A DNA stretch of 64,000 nt from Psammoneis japonica (taxonomy: Eukaryota), in NCBI GenBank assembly GCA_008632985.1, contig QPGO01000027.1, forward strand, positions 62,001 through 126,000, written 5' to 3'. Shown one piece after another: positions 37,411 to 49,619 of this stretch; position 1 is the first letter of the stretch; every line of letters starts with the position of its first letter. The translations under genes and the position numbers were made by a program. The notes beneath the pieces are model-generated. The model ran no database searches, was not told where the DNA came from, and was given only the letters and a program-made list of their open reading frames with translations.

Positions 37411-38231
37411 GTCATTTGTCAATGCATGTGTGTGGCAATGGACACCTTTGGCACCACTTTTTTGCTTGTGCACTCAACACTGGCCTGTGCAGTGTCATGA
37501 CACAAAGTGCATCTCCCACAGCAAAACACATTCTCCCGAATCTTGTCCAAGTCGCTGATCAACTCATGTTGAGCAACAAACAGATGTTGTTTGGGTGGCT
37601 CCATTTCTTGTCTTCCGCAGCCTTGTCATTCCCTTTGCAGAACAACAACCTCAAAATGATCCCACCCCAAAGAATCACACCAAATCCCTTGCCTGTTAGG
37701 CCACGTTGCCGAAATGGAACCAACAAATCTCTTTTCCGTCCGATGCATCGCACTTCTCTCCCGATGACATTCCACCCGACTCAACCTGCAGTGTTGACCA
37801 ACAATCCATCTGGGCGTTGTCTCCCGCCGGTGCATCTGGCCCCGTTTGGCACAGAAAACAGCCTTGACACCAAATTGAGGCTCTGTCATTCTCCCACACG
37901 TTGGGCAAACAAACGCGGTCATGTTTGTTTGTCACTCAAAAAAAGTGGTTTGACAGATCACTTGATCCGCGGCATTGTGCTGATGATGTTTGATGTGAAA
38001 ATCTTTGTTCGAGAGCAGTGGGAAGAGCAATGCATGCAACCCAAACCACCTTGGTGAATTTGCAAAATGGCCGGTGCACCCAAGCTGCATTAGATTGGCT
38101 TTGAAGGAGGCCGCCCTTCTAGAGCTGGCTCAACGAAAGAAAAAAAAGGCATGCAAAAAAATCATTGATGCTCGCCACTTCCAAAACAAAAAATGCAAAA
38201 GATCTGCAGCGGCACAGGTGGGGATTGCATC

Positions 38232-38657
38232 TTGCGTGCTGCTTCCACTTCCCATCTGTTTCTTGCCTGAAAAATTGTTGTTGATGTTTCCTAGAATGAC
38301 ACCATTGCCAAAGCTCCAACGATTGCAACTGGTGTCGATTCCTGTGTGGAAGGTGCCAAAGACGACGACAATGACACCATGGGCGGAGACGGATGTCATG
38401 GATGACGAACAACAAATTTGGACTGTTGCAGACAGTGAAGAATGTTCATTGGTAAGGGATTTCATCTGTCGTGCTGCTTCCCTTTCCCATCGGTTCCCTG
38501 CCTGACAAAGTGCATGTTGATGTGTCCCAGAATGACAGCAATGATCAAAGTCAAACGATTGCCACCGGTGTCGACTCCATTGAGGTGGCCACCCATGACA
38601 ACAACAACGACTCTACATGGGCGGAGACAGATGACATGGTTGATGAACATCCAATTG
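38232..38657 (+). repeat. Diverged direct repeat, period ~235 bp
   Basis: cgtgctgcttcc..ttcccatc..tgcctga..gttgatgt..agaatgaca..ggtgtcga..catgggcggagac.gatg occurs at ~38232-38420 and ~38467-38657. Confidence 0.8.
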
Positions 38658-39300
38658 ACACTGGCAGATTGTTGGTGATTGGCATGGAAGTTGGTGGTGA
38701 TTTAAATGGAAGTGACAAAGATGCACGCGACAGCATTCGAACTCAACGTCTGGTGGATCTTGGATGTGACGTTTGCACAATTGACAAGAGGATGCGCCAT
38801 GCTTCCTCGCCAAAGCACATGGAGTGTGATGTTCTAAGTTTGCACAGATCAGCAGAATGGAAGAGATTGTCCAAAGAGACAAAGTTCGATCACATTTGCT
38901 TTGACTGCGTGTGTTCAAACCCGGCCTGTCTCTTGGCTTCAGTTCCAAAGGGACCTTTTTTCCAAGATGCACTCAGGGAGCTGCTGCGGTCGCTGATGAC
39001 AATGGGACATTCTTCCTGCCTGCATGCAATCTTGTGTTTTCCGAGTTTTGGATCGAATGGCAGAAACAACATGTGTCGGAAGAGTCCCCAATGCGCTTCT
39101 TGCATGAAGAGCAAGTGTGCGACGAGGTCCCCATCCTTCGAGACGAGGCACAAGCAGACATCTCTGCCTGCGGAAAGTTTTGTACAAGGGAAGAATGCAT
39201 TGAGGATTGTGAGTCAAACACTTTTCTCAAAATTTTGGAGCACACAGTCATTCGGCGAATGAGGGATAAAGCTGGCTCAGTCTCAGCCTTTTTTTTTTGA
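38640..39300 (+). pseudogene. Decayed ORF with a Rossmann/SAM-methyltransferase-like strand pattern
   Basis: RLLVIGM..RD..R..L..LG(C>Y)DV(C>Y)TIDK..H..CD..KFD(H>Y)I(C>Y)FD(C>Y)..FF..L..GTFFLP, with a frameshift near 38980. Confidence 0.4.
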
Positions 39301-41496
39301 TGTCGTTGCACGATGTTTCCGGGAAACGCTTTCAACACACTGGTGCCAACGGCTGTTGTCATCCTCTGGATCCAGACCCAATGCAGCTGCAGTGAGCAAC
39401 TCCACGAAAGCTTGGTCAAAAAATTGGCAGACATGAAGGGGGTCATCAGAACAGTGGGAGGGCACATGGCAGTTGTGAGACAACCTCTCGGTCTTGCTTC
39501 GGCCCATGACTCTTCCACAAATACGTTCTTGATTGAGGATGTCCCCCAACAGGGAGTTGCAATGCATCACAGCTCTGACATGGTGGTGTTGAGTGCCTGT
39601 CATTGCACGAACAATGGGTGGATTCACCTGGCAATGAAGCAGACCATGGAGGACCTCCTTGAGAATGCGGTGACAGTTGGCAACAACAAGGCACCCAAGC
39701 TTGTCTTTCTTGTCTTTCCTGTCCAAATTGGGCATGAATCCGAGTGGATGCCAACAACAGCAGTCGCGGTGTGCGTCCTCTTGAATCATGGCAAGTGAGT
39801 GCATTGCAGGCTCCATCCCGTGAGGATTGACTGCATTGACTCCGGTCTTGTCCAAGCAATTGACAAGGTGAACGTGAAAATCAGATGCCATTTCCTTTGC
39901 ATTGGTGCAACGTTGTTGCCACTCGCCGTCACCCATGTCTTGACTTTGAGTGGACAATCGCCAGTCCCCAGGATGATCCGGGAACGACATCTCAAAACCG
40001 TCAGCCGGGCTAGCGCTGGTTTCCAAATCGCCATCTGTGGGGGGTGGCACACAAGGTGACCAGACATCATTTGGATTAACCTGCAACTTGGAAAGATCAC
40101 GGAACACTGGCTCGGTGAAGAGATCCTGCAAGGTCTCGGTGAAACTGTAAACCGGGAAAGGTGGGGAGCAATGACATTTGGGTCCATCCTTCTGTTGCTG
40201 TGTTGGGTTGTCACATTCTAGCATCACAGTGGCAGTGCGGGGGAGAGGAACATTGGGAAATAACCCCAGGAGTTGCTTCATTGCCACGGCGGCAGTGATG
40301 GGTGGCTTGGACAAATCCAGTCTTTTTTCTGCATGCTCTTAATGCAAAATTCTCATCACTTTGTCGACAAAGTCAATTGCAACACCTGACCGACAACACA
40401 AATGCAGCAAACGCACCATGGGTGCAATGCTGGGTGAGCAGACTGGAGGCACATCGAAATCCTCATCGGGTGCGACATCACGCGGCGGGCCAAGAGGGTT
40501 GTGTTGATCGAGGGAGGAAACAGGATCTTCTGTCGGACCGGAAATTGAGGGGGGGCCACAACTGCCATCGCGACGGTCGGCTCCAATGAACTCGGGAACA
40601 TCCACAGGACTGTCCTCTCCAAGGGCGGACACACCATCATCTGCAAACAAAACAAATTGGCGGACATTTTGGGAGGCTGCACTGGTGGCAGCAAAGTTGG
40701 CAGCTGAGCGCAATCGACCAGAGCGTCTGACGGAGGGTGGGCGCAGTCCACTTCCGGCAGAGGGAGGACAAGCTGGAGAAGAATTGTCCATTGGTGTGGG
40801 AGGAGATGGAGCTGGATTCCAAAGGACTTTGGGGAGGGGAGGAGGGGGTTTGTCGTCGGAGAAACCAAACCCAGCAGGATCATCATGGTTGTCCAGTGAT
40901 TCATCATGGTCGTCATCTGGAGGGGGAAGTGCACGGGCGGCAGTGGAAGATGTGGCATGTGGGCGAAGGGACATTTCCTCTTTTTCACGGCAGGGCAAGC
41001 ACTTCTGTAGATGAAGGGCGATGTTGGAAAAGGGAACATGGCAATGGGGACATTTGGGTTTGTTGGTGTTGGATCCAAGGGAGCCGACGGAGGCAGAATC
41101 CAGAGGATGAGAGGAAAGAGATGTTCTGCCGGATGAAGAAGACAATTGGGTTGCACGGCGCAACTGTGTCAATGGGGGATGGAGACCAGATGCTGCAGTG
41201 CAGTGCCAAGATGGGTGATGCTGCACGTTGTTTTCAGAGTCAAATCCACGTTGTCCGCAATGAGGACAACTAAAAGACTTGGTGGAAATGGCGGAATGGA
41301 GGCAGTTAGTTGCGATGTGCCTGCTGAGGCCACATTCGGAAAAGAAACCGGTTCGTTTGCACCATGGACAAACAAGACCATCAGACGCATGGCCGATGTG
41401 CACAGACGAAGGAGTTGAGAAGAGAATCGAAAGCAAACAGTGGGTGCAGCAACAATCACTTGGGGACATGGTGAGGGTGGAAACACAGAGGTGCAA
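39283..41496 (-). pseudogene. Plavaka-like DNA transposase, decayed and apparently C-terminally truncated
   Basis: N-terminal C2H2 fingers (CPWC..H, CPHC..H). Core reads (C>Y)LDKTG..GMEP..SL..W(H>R)PLGFMPNL..N(C>Y)HRIL..L..LLGD....RICG..R..C, matching the Plavaka transposase pattern. Confidence 0.7.
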
Positions 41497-44372
41497 CGTG
41501 CGGATGGACGGGGAGGAAGGATGGAATGGGCAGGGAGAGAAAATTGAGAAAACAATTGGAGTCTAGATTGACGGACATGGGCAGCGATTTTGATCCAGAA
41601 AGTTGATTGACACACAATCCAGAAATTAAAGTGGAACCAAATGTGCACATGAGGCTTGTCGGATGGGGGGGCAAATGGTCAAATTGAGGAACACAGATGT
41701 TTGTTGTTGAACATTTCAGAAAATCTGGCTTGTCAAATCAGCACGATCTTGGATCAAAGGGAGAAAATGTTGGGTTTCATTTCAAGAAATCTTGACGGCC
41801 AGTGCGACACCTGGATCATTGGTGTCCCAGATGTGGAGGTCACTCCTGTGTGATGCGCTGGAGTTGTTTGTGTGAAAACAAGCCTGGCGGGACAACCCCA
41901 GCTCATGTTGTCACCATCATTGCAACATCTGAGTTGCAGCTGAAGACAAGTGTCACAAAGAACAATCCCACGACACTCCATGACATTGCCTCACACAACT
42001 GCAGACCATCTCTGCAGATTGACAGCAGACAGACAGACCATCAGAAAACAATGGCTGGTGGCTGATCATTCTCGATCAAAAACAGCAAATCTGCTGGAGT
42101 GTCAACAAAACTGGAAACACTGCAAATGGACCACAACAGATGCCACAAGAATTGACCACAAAATTTTCATCCGACAGAAAAATGTCTCTGTGATCTCTTG
42201 GAGGGAGTTTGCACATCACAAACACCTTTCAACCACACGAGCTGCTTTCCATCCCAGCTCGGTGATGCCACGTGTAAAAAACAACCCCCCGTTTTTAACC
42301 AAATGCCCACTTTGATCGACTGACAGCATGCAGATACGAAGCTCAGCACACTTTTGGGGGCTGGAATGGGGGTGAACGTTGGTCACCAACCAATCACTGA
42401 ACATTGACCCTCGCACTTGCCCCCATGCAACAAAGGTGCTCCACGAAAAGTTGGTTCCATTTTCAAACACCCGACACCATGAACAACACATGCTTGCTAC
42501 ATTCTTGCAAGACATCGGTTTGAAGAGTGTGACACTGACAATGCTCATGTCTTGTGCATTTTGTGGCTCTAGCGGGGGTCAAATCTAGCCAATTCTTCCA
42601 AAAACTTTGAGTTGAGTGGGTCACATGGGATTCAAGACACGTGACTTGCTGCACAGTTGTTGAGCCTTTCTCCTTTCTTGACTCCAAGATTGGATGACAA
42701 CATCAACACAAGACCTGTTTCATGGCTGTGTTCTGTTCTCTGATCCATGGCCAGCCTCCTGACAACTGCATTTGACCTCTTTCATGCTGCAAACTGGCAA
42801 AGCAATCCTCGAATGCTCATTTCAAGTCACACTTTTCTGTTTTGAGATTTGACATTTGCAACTTTGCAACAAATCTAGAGTGGGCACGAGCCAGGAAGAA
42901 GCTCTGTTCACTGCTGTTTGTCATTCTGTAGAATGGCAGCACATCAGAACAATGTTGTCAATGTTGTTTGACTGCTTTTTTCTTGAACCATGCACCAACT
43001 TCATTCTGCGCTCTCGCTGCCATCCGCCCGACTCTCCTCCATCCAAGAATGCTTGGCTGAATGTGTTGCAGTTGCTTTGCCAAAGTCTTGCATGTGTTCG
43101 TCTGTTCAATGCCATTGCTCAAATGGGACAATTGACACGACAATGACATTGGATTCGTTCATGTGCTGCTCATGCCAGGAAAGACAAAACAAGAATTGGC
43201 TGTGGCGGCAAGAAAGTTGAGTGAGACAACAAGTGGTGAGCCTTGGACATGTTGACAACACAATTTTGATTTTAAATTTACTTGCCTTTTTATGAACTCG
43301 GACTTCAACACATGGGATTCCGAAAATCCGGCAAATGGCGAGTTGATGCATTGTCTGCATGCAACATGGTGCAACGACAAAGTGAAACAGCATGTTTCAA
43401 TGTTTCTCGCCAAAATGAACATCTCTGAATGAACGGTTGCAGCTGCACATTGACGAGGGTCTGACAGAGCTTCTGTTGCAATGGTCCAAAAAACGACGAA
43501 TGTTCAGACACCTCATCCACCGCGTCAATGTCATCATCGGCTCTGGCGGGTTTTTGACAATTTCTCCGTGTTGTCACCACAAGATGGTCTGCACACTCAT
43601 CTGGAGCATGCTGGCCATGCCAGTTTGAAGCCATTTAAGGCTTGGGTCTCGCAGCTGCAAATTTGCAAAAAATGATTGTTTGTCAGCCCCGATGGCTGCA
43701 CCCAGAAGGCAACAACACAAGTTGAAACAGAGACAAAAGGACAAACAAAGTCTTTCATCTGTTCATCAGATTTCCTTGAGAGAATGAGGGGATCTTCACC
43801 TCTCACTCTCTCCCCAAGATCTTCTGTGTCTGGTTGGAGCATGCTGGAGAGAAAGAAGAGCGGCCGAGAGAGAGGGTGCAGGAGATGTGCTCTCATTTTC
43901 AGGCAGCCTCGAGCAAGCCCAACAAGCAGTGGAAAGAGTTGCAGTTCCTTCTCTGGACTGTCATCTTGCAGATGCAGCTCTCGGATCGCATTCATCACAG
44001 ACATCCAACGGGGCCTGCTGTTGGCTTCAAGCCGCCGGGCTGGCTGCTGGAGTGGCCAGCTGAACGCTTGTCTGCGCCTTGCGCCGGATGGTTCCCTCTC
44101 AGAACGAGAACAACCGCGGCACGAATCATATCAAGAATGCGGCATCAACTCGCGCAACAACGTGGGTGATGCCGGATGCCGATCAAAACGAACAACAGAG
44201 AACAGAATGAGACTACATCATGCATCAGTGCATGGATAGTCTCTAGAGGTGTATTGTGCATCACACGCGACGGTTCCGTGCTGTGTAATATTATTGTGCC
44301 GTGCAAGAAGACAAGAAGCAACCACTGGGTAGGGTTTGCACATTAATCGATACGAAAAGCAAGAACAACGCA

Positions 44373-44837
44373 ATGAGCAGCAGCAGCAGTGACTCTCCAC
44401 AGGAACAGGCTCAAGACGAGAGCAGGCGAGATTCGGCCGCGTCAAAAGCCGATAGTGAGGTGAGCTTTGGAAATGTTCGAGTCATTGAACACAGCATTCA
44501 ACTGGGAGACAATCCAGCCGTCACAGACGGCCTTCCTGTAATGATGGGAGGAAAACGGGGCTCTACAACGGTCTCGGTCGACGAATTTGAGGAAGAAGTA
44601 AATGAGCGCGGTGGGCATCATGCCGCCACCAAAATGAGCGCTGGGGAACGTTTGACGATTATTAGCCACAGTCACAAGCACTCGGGCGGCAGCATCAATG
44701 CGGCTTTCAAAGAAGTGCAGGAAATCAAACATTCCCGGAACGAAAGCAATCATGCAGAGGAAGAAGAAAAGAAGAAGCACAAGAAGCACTTCTCTCTTCC
44801 GTGGCACAAAAAGAAAGGAGCAAAGCATCACAAGTGA
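44373..44837 (+). CDS. Small diatom-type hypothetical protein
   Basis: VSFGNVRVIEHSIQLGDNPAVTDGLPV motif (VxF...LGDNP family) and a basic tail. Confidence 0.7.
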   Translation: MSSSSSDSPQEQAQDESRRDSAASKADSEVSFGNVRVIEHSIQLGDNPAVTDGLPVMMGGKRGSTTVSVDEFEEEVNERGGHHAATKMSAGERLTIISHSHKHSGGSINAAFKEVQEIKHSRNESNHAEEEEKKKHKKHFSLPWHKKKGAKHHK

Positions 44838-45388
44838 TTCTGCATAAATGGTTTTGTAGTTTGGTACTTAATTCTTGTTTCTTTCAGAATTTCAGACGTG
44901 TGCTTGCTTTGTTGTGACGGAAAGGCAGGAATTTCAAGCAAGCCCGAAGCAAGGTGTGTGACGGTAAGGATAAATAGTGTACTGTGTACTGTAGCCTATC
45001 CTTTGTGCTAGGCGCAAGAACTGTTGGCAGCGTATTGTCTTGCTGACAATATATGTATCCAAGATTGCGGCAAAGCATGCTTCCTTTTCTGAAGAAAGGA
45101 CTTTTCGATGGGAGCGTACGCCGAACCTGTTTCCTGCTGGCAATGCAACCTCATGCAAAGTTGAAATGAGTTCATTCCTCCACGAAGGGTCTCTATATTG
45201 GCTGAAGTCACACTATGAACCGAGATTTACCTTTCTAGTAGTACTGTACAATCGAATTTTCACCATCCAAGCTCGTCATTGACGAAAGACTTCCAGCTTG
45301 TTCCTAGCAGAAGAACCTGAAACAATTATCGTTGGATTCATTTTTTATCAAGAAAGCACGGCTGCACTAACTTATAAAGAAGAAACTA

Positions 45389-46177
45389 CTATTGCTTACT
45401 CTTCCATGGCAACACCTTCCCTGTTATCACTAACATCGACGTCTTCATGGAAACCATCACGAAGCCAACGCCTAGCCAGGTTTCTCTTCTCAGGTGCACC
45501 GCACTTTTCTCCATCTTTGAACCAAAGCTTAAAGTAGTAGATGATCCAATCCCACCATTTATCAGGGCATTGCTCAAGGTTACGTCCGGTACCAACCGGA
45601 CGATGAGGGTATGTCGTCGCGAAGGGACCTGCAAGCTGGACAACTCCGCTATTTACAATCGTATGGTGATTGATTTTCCCTCCCGGAAAGTAACAAGACT
45701 TCCAGCCTTGACAGGAACTTTCTCCTGTTTCACACCATCAAAGAAAAAGGATGCTTTAGGATTCGTGTTCAAGAAGATGAAGGCAACATCTTCACTACCC
45801 TCAAGACCACCATCTTCCGTTAGCTCCACATCAACGTGCGGCATGGTGGACGATGAGATGGTTTTCGTCAAAATGTACCGGGCATTGTGTTCATCGCCTA
45901 GTGCGGCCATGAAAAGCTTGATTCAGCTTGTTGACGTGCTGCTTCGATAGGAAAGATGCGCCGTAGTGAGAGCCGTAAAGCTCGTGCTCCCATGAAGCCG
46001 TTTTCGGCGATGATTTCTGATTCTCGTAGATGGTCTCAATGTCATGTTGAGAGAAGAAGTTCTCGTAAACCTTGACCCCGCCAGACGTGTCATCAGAAGA
46101 GCACGTAGGCTCGACGGCAGCTACGCTCCAAGGGCAAGAGCGGCCAGCAGTACAATACCGGTGAGAATAAACCTCAT
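45389..46177 (-). CDS. Secreted protein with a 2OG-Fe(II)-oxygenase-like HxD...H pattern (frameshifted; 3' end uncertain)
   Basis: Signal peptide MRFILTGIVLLAALA. PHVD..VAFIFLNTNP.A.F..VPVKAGSLVTF, then HTIVNSGVVQLAGPF in the next frame. Confidence 0.5.
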
Positions 46178-47113
46178 CGTCGCCTTTCGCCTTTATTCTT
46201 CCTTCTTAACAAGAACAAAGTAACTTGTATCAAAAGAAATGCCGTATTTCGGACGCATGAAACGAAAACGCCTCATTGAATATGCGAGATAATAGCTATA
46301 CGGATCTAAAGAGGTTATCATTTTTTAAAATAATATATGTACATAAATTTCATTAGCCAACCCAACGAATTCCAACCTGAACATCATTATGTAGGGCCCT
46401 ACTGCAACGTTGAGTGGTCATTATTTCAGTATCAGTAAATTACCTATGAATTGTACAAAAAAGCACATATCGCTAAAGTTATAACCATTTATTATATTTC
46501 TACATGGATAACATAATTATCGTCTTCTTGGATCACATTTCCCCGCGCAAATTTTTTGACATGAATGAGTCTCGCTCGGGAGACGCAAAATCTGAGCGGA
46601 AATCCCTGTTTTCCAGGAGACGTGCGAAGAATCGTCCTGGCTCCGCCCGGCACAGTGTCACCAGTCTAGTAGGCCTACCGGTATGCAACTCTGGCCCGGC
46701 CCGGGTTGCATGATGGAGAATGATATGATTATGCCAAGAAAGAAGATACTGCAGCATGATGTTCTTGGACATGCTCAGTCGTGACTCAACCAAGACTCGC
46801 CATCGCAAACGACACTTCGAAGAAATTTCTTTGCCACCACGAGTCGTGACTTTCTCACAACAATCCCCGACAACTCCTCTTCTTTCGCGTTTCAAAATGC
46901 CACCATCTTTTGACGCGTCATGTGTTCGCTTACCGCAAACCGCAAGGCTCATCACAAAAAACGAAAAGCTCATTATTAAAAAAACCGTGTACTACCATCA
47001 ACCAAAAATCATAGAAGTGAGAAGTGAGTGTCGTATACCAATGATAATCAGTCTCAACCGCACATATCCGCCTTCTCACAGAGCTCCATATCTTTCCTTG
47101 CATTCATAGGCAA

Positions 47114-49044
47114 ATGAAGAAATTCTTGCTTGTATTTCTCCTGCTTACATCATGCTCTTGCTCTCTAGCCCGCAAGAATGAGCATGCAAATTTACGTGTG
47201 AGGAATCTAGGCAGCGAGAACCACCACAGCTTTACTATTTATGGCATTGACAATGGTTGTATCGTTCCCACCTGCCTATACAACGCGGTATCCTTCGCCT
47301 CGTGTGATTACCTCGTTGACTCGAATCTCATTTCACATTGGTGGCAGGACAGTGCGGGGTTGATCCATTCCAGCTTGTTTCCGGAAATGTGCCTGCAGGC
47401 CGCCCACGGAAACGTCCTTGTGGACGGATCAAACATGCGTTTCTACCCCTGCAACGGAACCAAGGTCAATCAACAGTTCGAGCCTGTTTCTGCCTCTGGT
47501 ACGATCAAGCTGAAATCACGGGATGACCTTTGCGTCGTCGCCCACGGTTCTCCGCCTGTAAAGGATGTGTCTGAGATTATATTCAAGAAATGCGACATTG
47601 TGGCAACAGAGCTATCTGGCGCACACCGGCGTTGTCCTCCTCACCGCCTCCACCCTCTCCTCCTCCTCCAGACTTAGAAGATGGAAGCTTTTCATTTATG
47701 GCATTGACAACGGTTGCGTTGTTCCTACTTGCTTTTACAACGCTGTTTCCTTCGCCTCGTGTGACTACCCGGTCGACTCGAATCTTATTTCACATTGGCG
47801 GCAAGACAGCACCGGGTTGATCCATTCAGCTTGTTTCCAGAAATGTGCCTGCAGGCCGCCCATGGAAACGTACTTGTGGACGGATCAAACATGCGTTTCT
47901 ACCCATGCGACGAGCACAAGGTCAGTCAACAGTTTGAGCCAGTTTCGTCCTCTGGTACAATCAAGCTGAAATCGCGGAGTGATCTTTGTGTCGTCGCCCA
48001 CGGTTCTCCGCCTGTGAAGGATGTGTCCGAGATTATTTTCAAGAAGTGTAATGTCGTTGGCAATAGAGCTGTATGGAGCGCACCTTCTGTATCTCTGCCG
48101 CCGCCACCACCACCTCCTCCCGACTGCCCGTCAACAATGGCGAATCCAAATGATCTGTACCAGCCTTTGAATGACGTCGTTTTGAATCGCTACTGTCGAG
48201 AATTGTATGGGGAAAGCGTCTCTGCAGTGCGGGCTGGTGGCTATAACTGGAGATGTCAGAATAATGACCAGTCGATTAGCGACGAGGTTTCCATCGCTGA
48301 CGTTTGCGCTCGGCAGTTTAACCACAATTATGTGGAGGTACTTCTTGGTGGAACTGAAGATGACTGGGCATGCGTGAATTGGGAAGAGCTCGTTACAGTG
48401 TCGTGCCTGTTATTGTCGTGGCAAGCGACTTTGTGTCGGATCGGAATGCAATGCTGGGGCCGTTGAATCAGTGACCGCGACGATCGAGCGAGTTCGCGAG
48501 TGGTACGAAACAAGATGTCGTCTGGGAATACGTTCCGTCTAGCTCGTCCTATCCTTCGCCTTTCAAGCCGAACAGGGGAATACTGGAACGAACTTTCCTG
48601 CAAGACTGCCAGTCCTCAAGACCGTCCTGAAGAATGCTTGAGCAGTGACCCAAAAGCTAAGCGCTATGAATATCTCTACCATGCGACGGGGGAGGCGCAA
48701 CTAACGTCACTTGGTGTATCACCTCAAGATATAACCGTGCCCATCTTTGTCTTCACGGGACCCGACGCTTCCCCATTCTGGCTTGGCGCAGCTGCAGCTG
48801 GCCAGTTCAGTGTGAATCCTCCCAACGTTGCAGTATGCCCAGTGAACAGTGACACTTGTGGATTATACTCGATTGCTCATGAAATAGGTCATTCGTTCAA
48901 TCTGAGCACAGTTGTGAGAATCCAGCGGTCCCAGAGCCACAATGCTATAATGGAATCATGGAGAACCCTCCCGATGTCCTCAACGCTGTCCTCTTTGAGT
49001 TTGAGCAAGACATTCTCAACGGTTCTTGTTTCTTCCGTGCCTAG
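47114..49044 (+). CDS. Secreted 2x ricin-B lectin + metzincin-like peptidase (paralog of 27642-30550, lacking GH99; frameshifted)
   Basis: Signal peptide. Two near-identical ricin units (~47230-47625 and ~47688-48085). Peptidase region closely matches 29620-30550, including HEIGHSFNL. Confidence 0.7.
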
Positions 49045-49619
49045 AGGAACAGCAATTGCTGTGACCTCTCTACCCGACGGCACCAAGCCAGGAATGATTG
49101 TGTTTACGTTACTACACAAATTCCTTCTTTATATTGCTTACTTAGATATAACTTGAACTTTTTAGTTTACACGCTTGAACCGACATGGTGTGGCAGGATA
49201 TAGTCGCTATAACTTCTACCGGTAGGGGAGACTGAAGCGGACGACGGCTTTGGTACTGAGAACTTTGGAGGAACTTGAACTTTTTCAAGGCGACACATGG
49301 CGGGTTGACGGGCGACGTTACAGATGCAGGGGCAATGGTGCTTTTTTATCGGTTACCTGATTGACGAAAACGACAAGATAAATCAGAGAGTTGAATTGGT
49401 TTCCTGGATCGGAAGAGATCGTTTTAAGTCTTGATATATGATAATTCCGTGACTTCTTGAAAAGCAGTGTGCATCGTGGTCAGGGATAGCTTAAGATGTG
49501 TGGCATCCTCATCGTCTGAAGCGTAAGATCTCGGTGCATTTTTTGCATATTACTCTAGTAGGTACATACATTGAAATCAAAATTTAAGCATCTATAAAGA
49601 AACCCCTCACGATCGGGTT

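Larger units (their letters stand above)
30830..44120. mobile_element. TpA-depleted domain 2: decayed composite transposon region containing a Plavaka-like transposase and cargo ORFs
   Basis: TA nearly absent over 13 kb. Contains recognisable but disrupted transposase, dioxygenase and TE-associated ORFs. It begins where homology to the 47-49 kb paralog ends. Confidence 0.7.

Noticed and set aside
41656..41900. LSDGGANG as a Copia-type aspartic protease motif
   Set aside because: No convincing downstream protease, integrase or RT motifs, and no LTRs were found.
30830..44120. Classical RIP or simple 5mC decay as the full explanation
   Set aside because: Both are C>T processes, and RIP increases TA. 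Here TA is lost, often where CpG persists.
30830..44120. Alternative genetic code or codon bias of a foreign genome
   Set aside because: TA is missing in all frames and in non-coding repeats, and the ORFs are broken.
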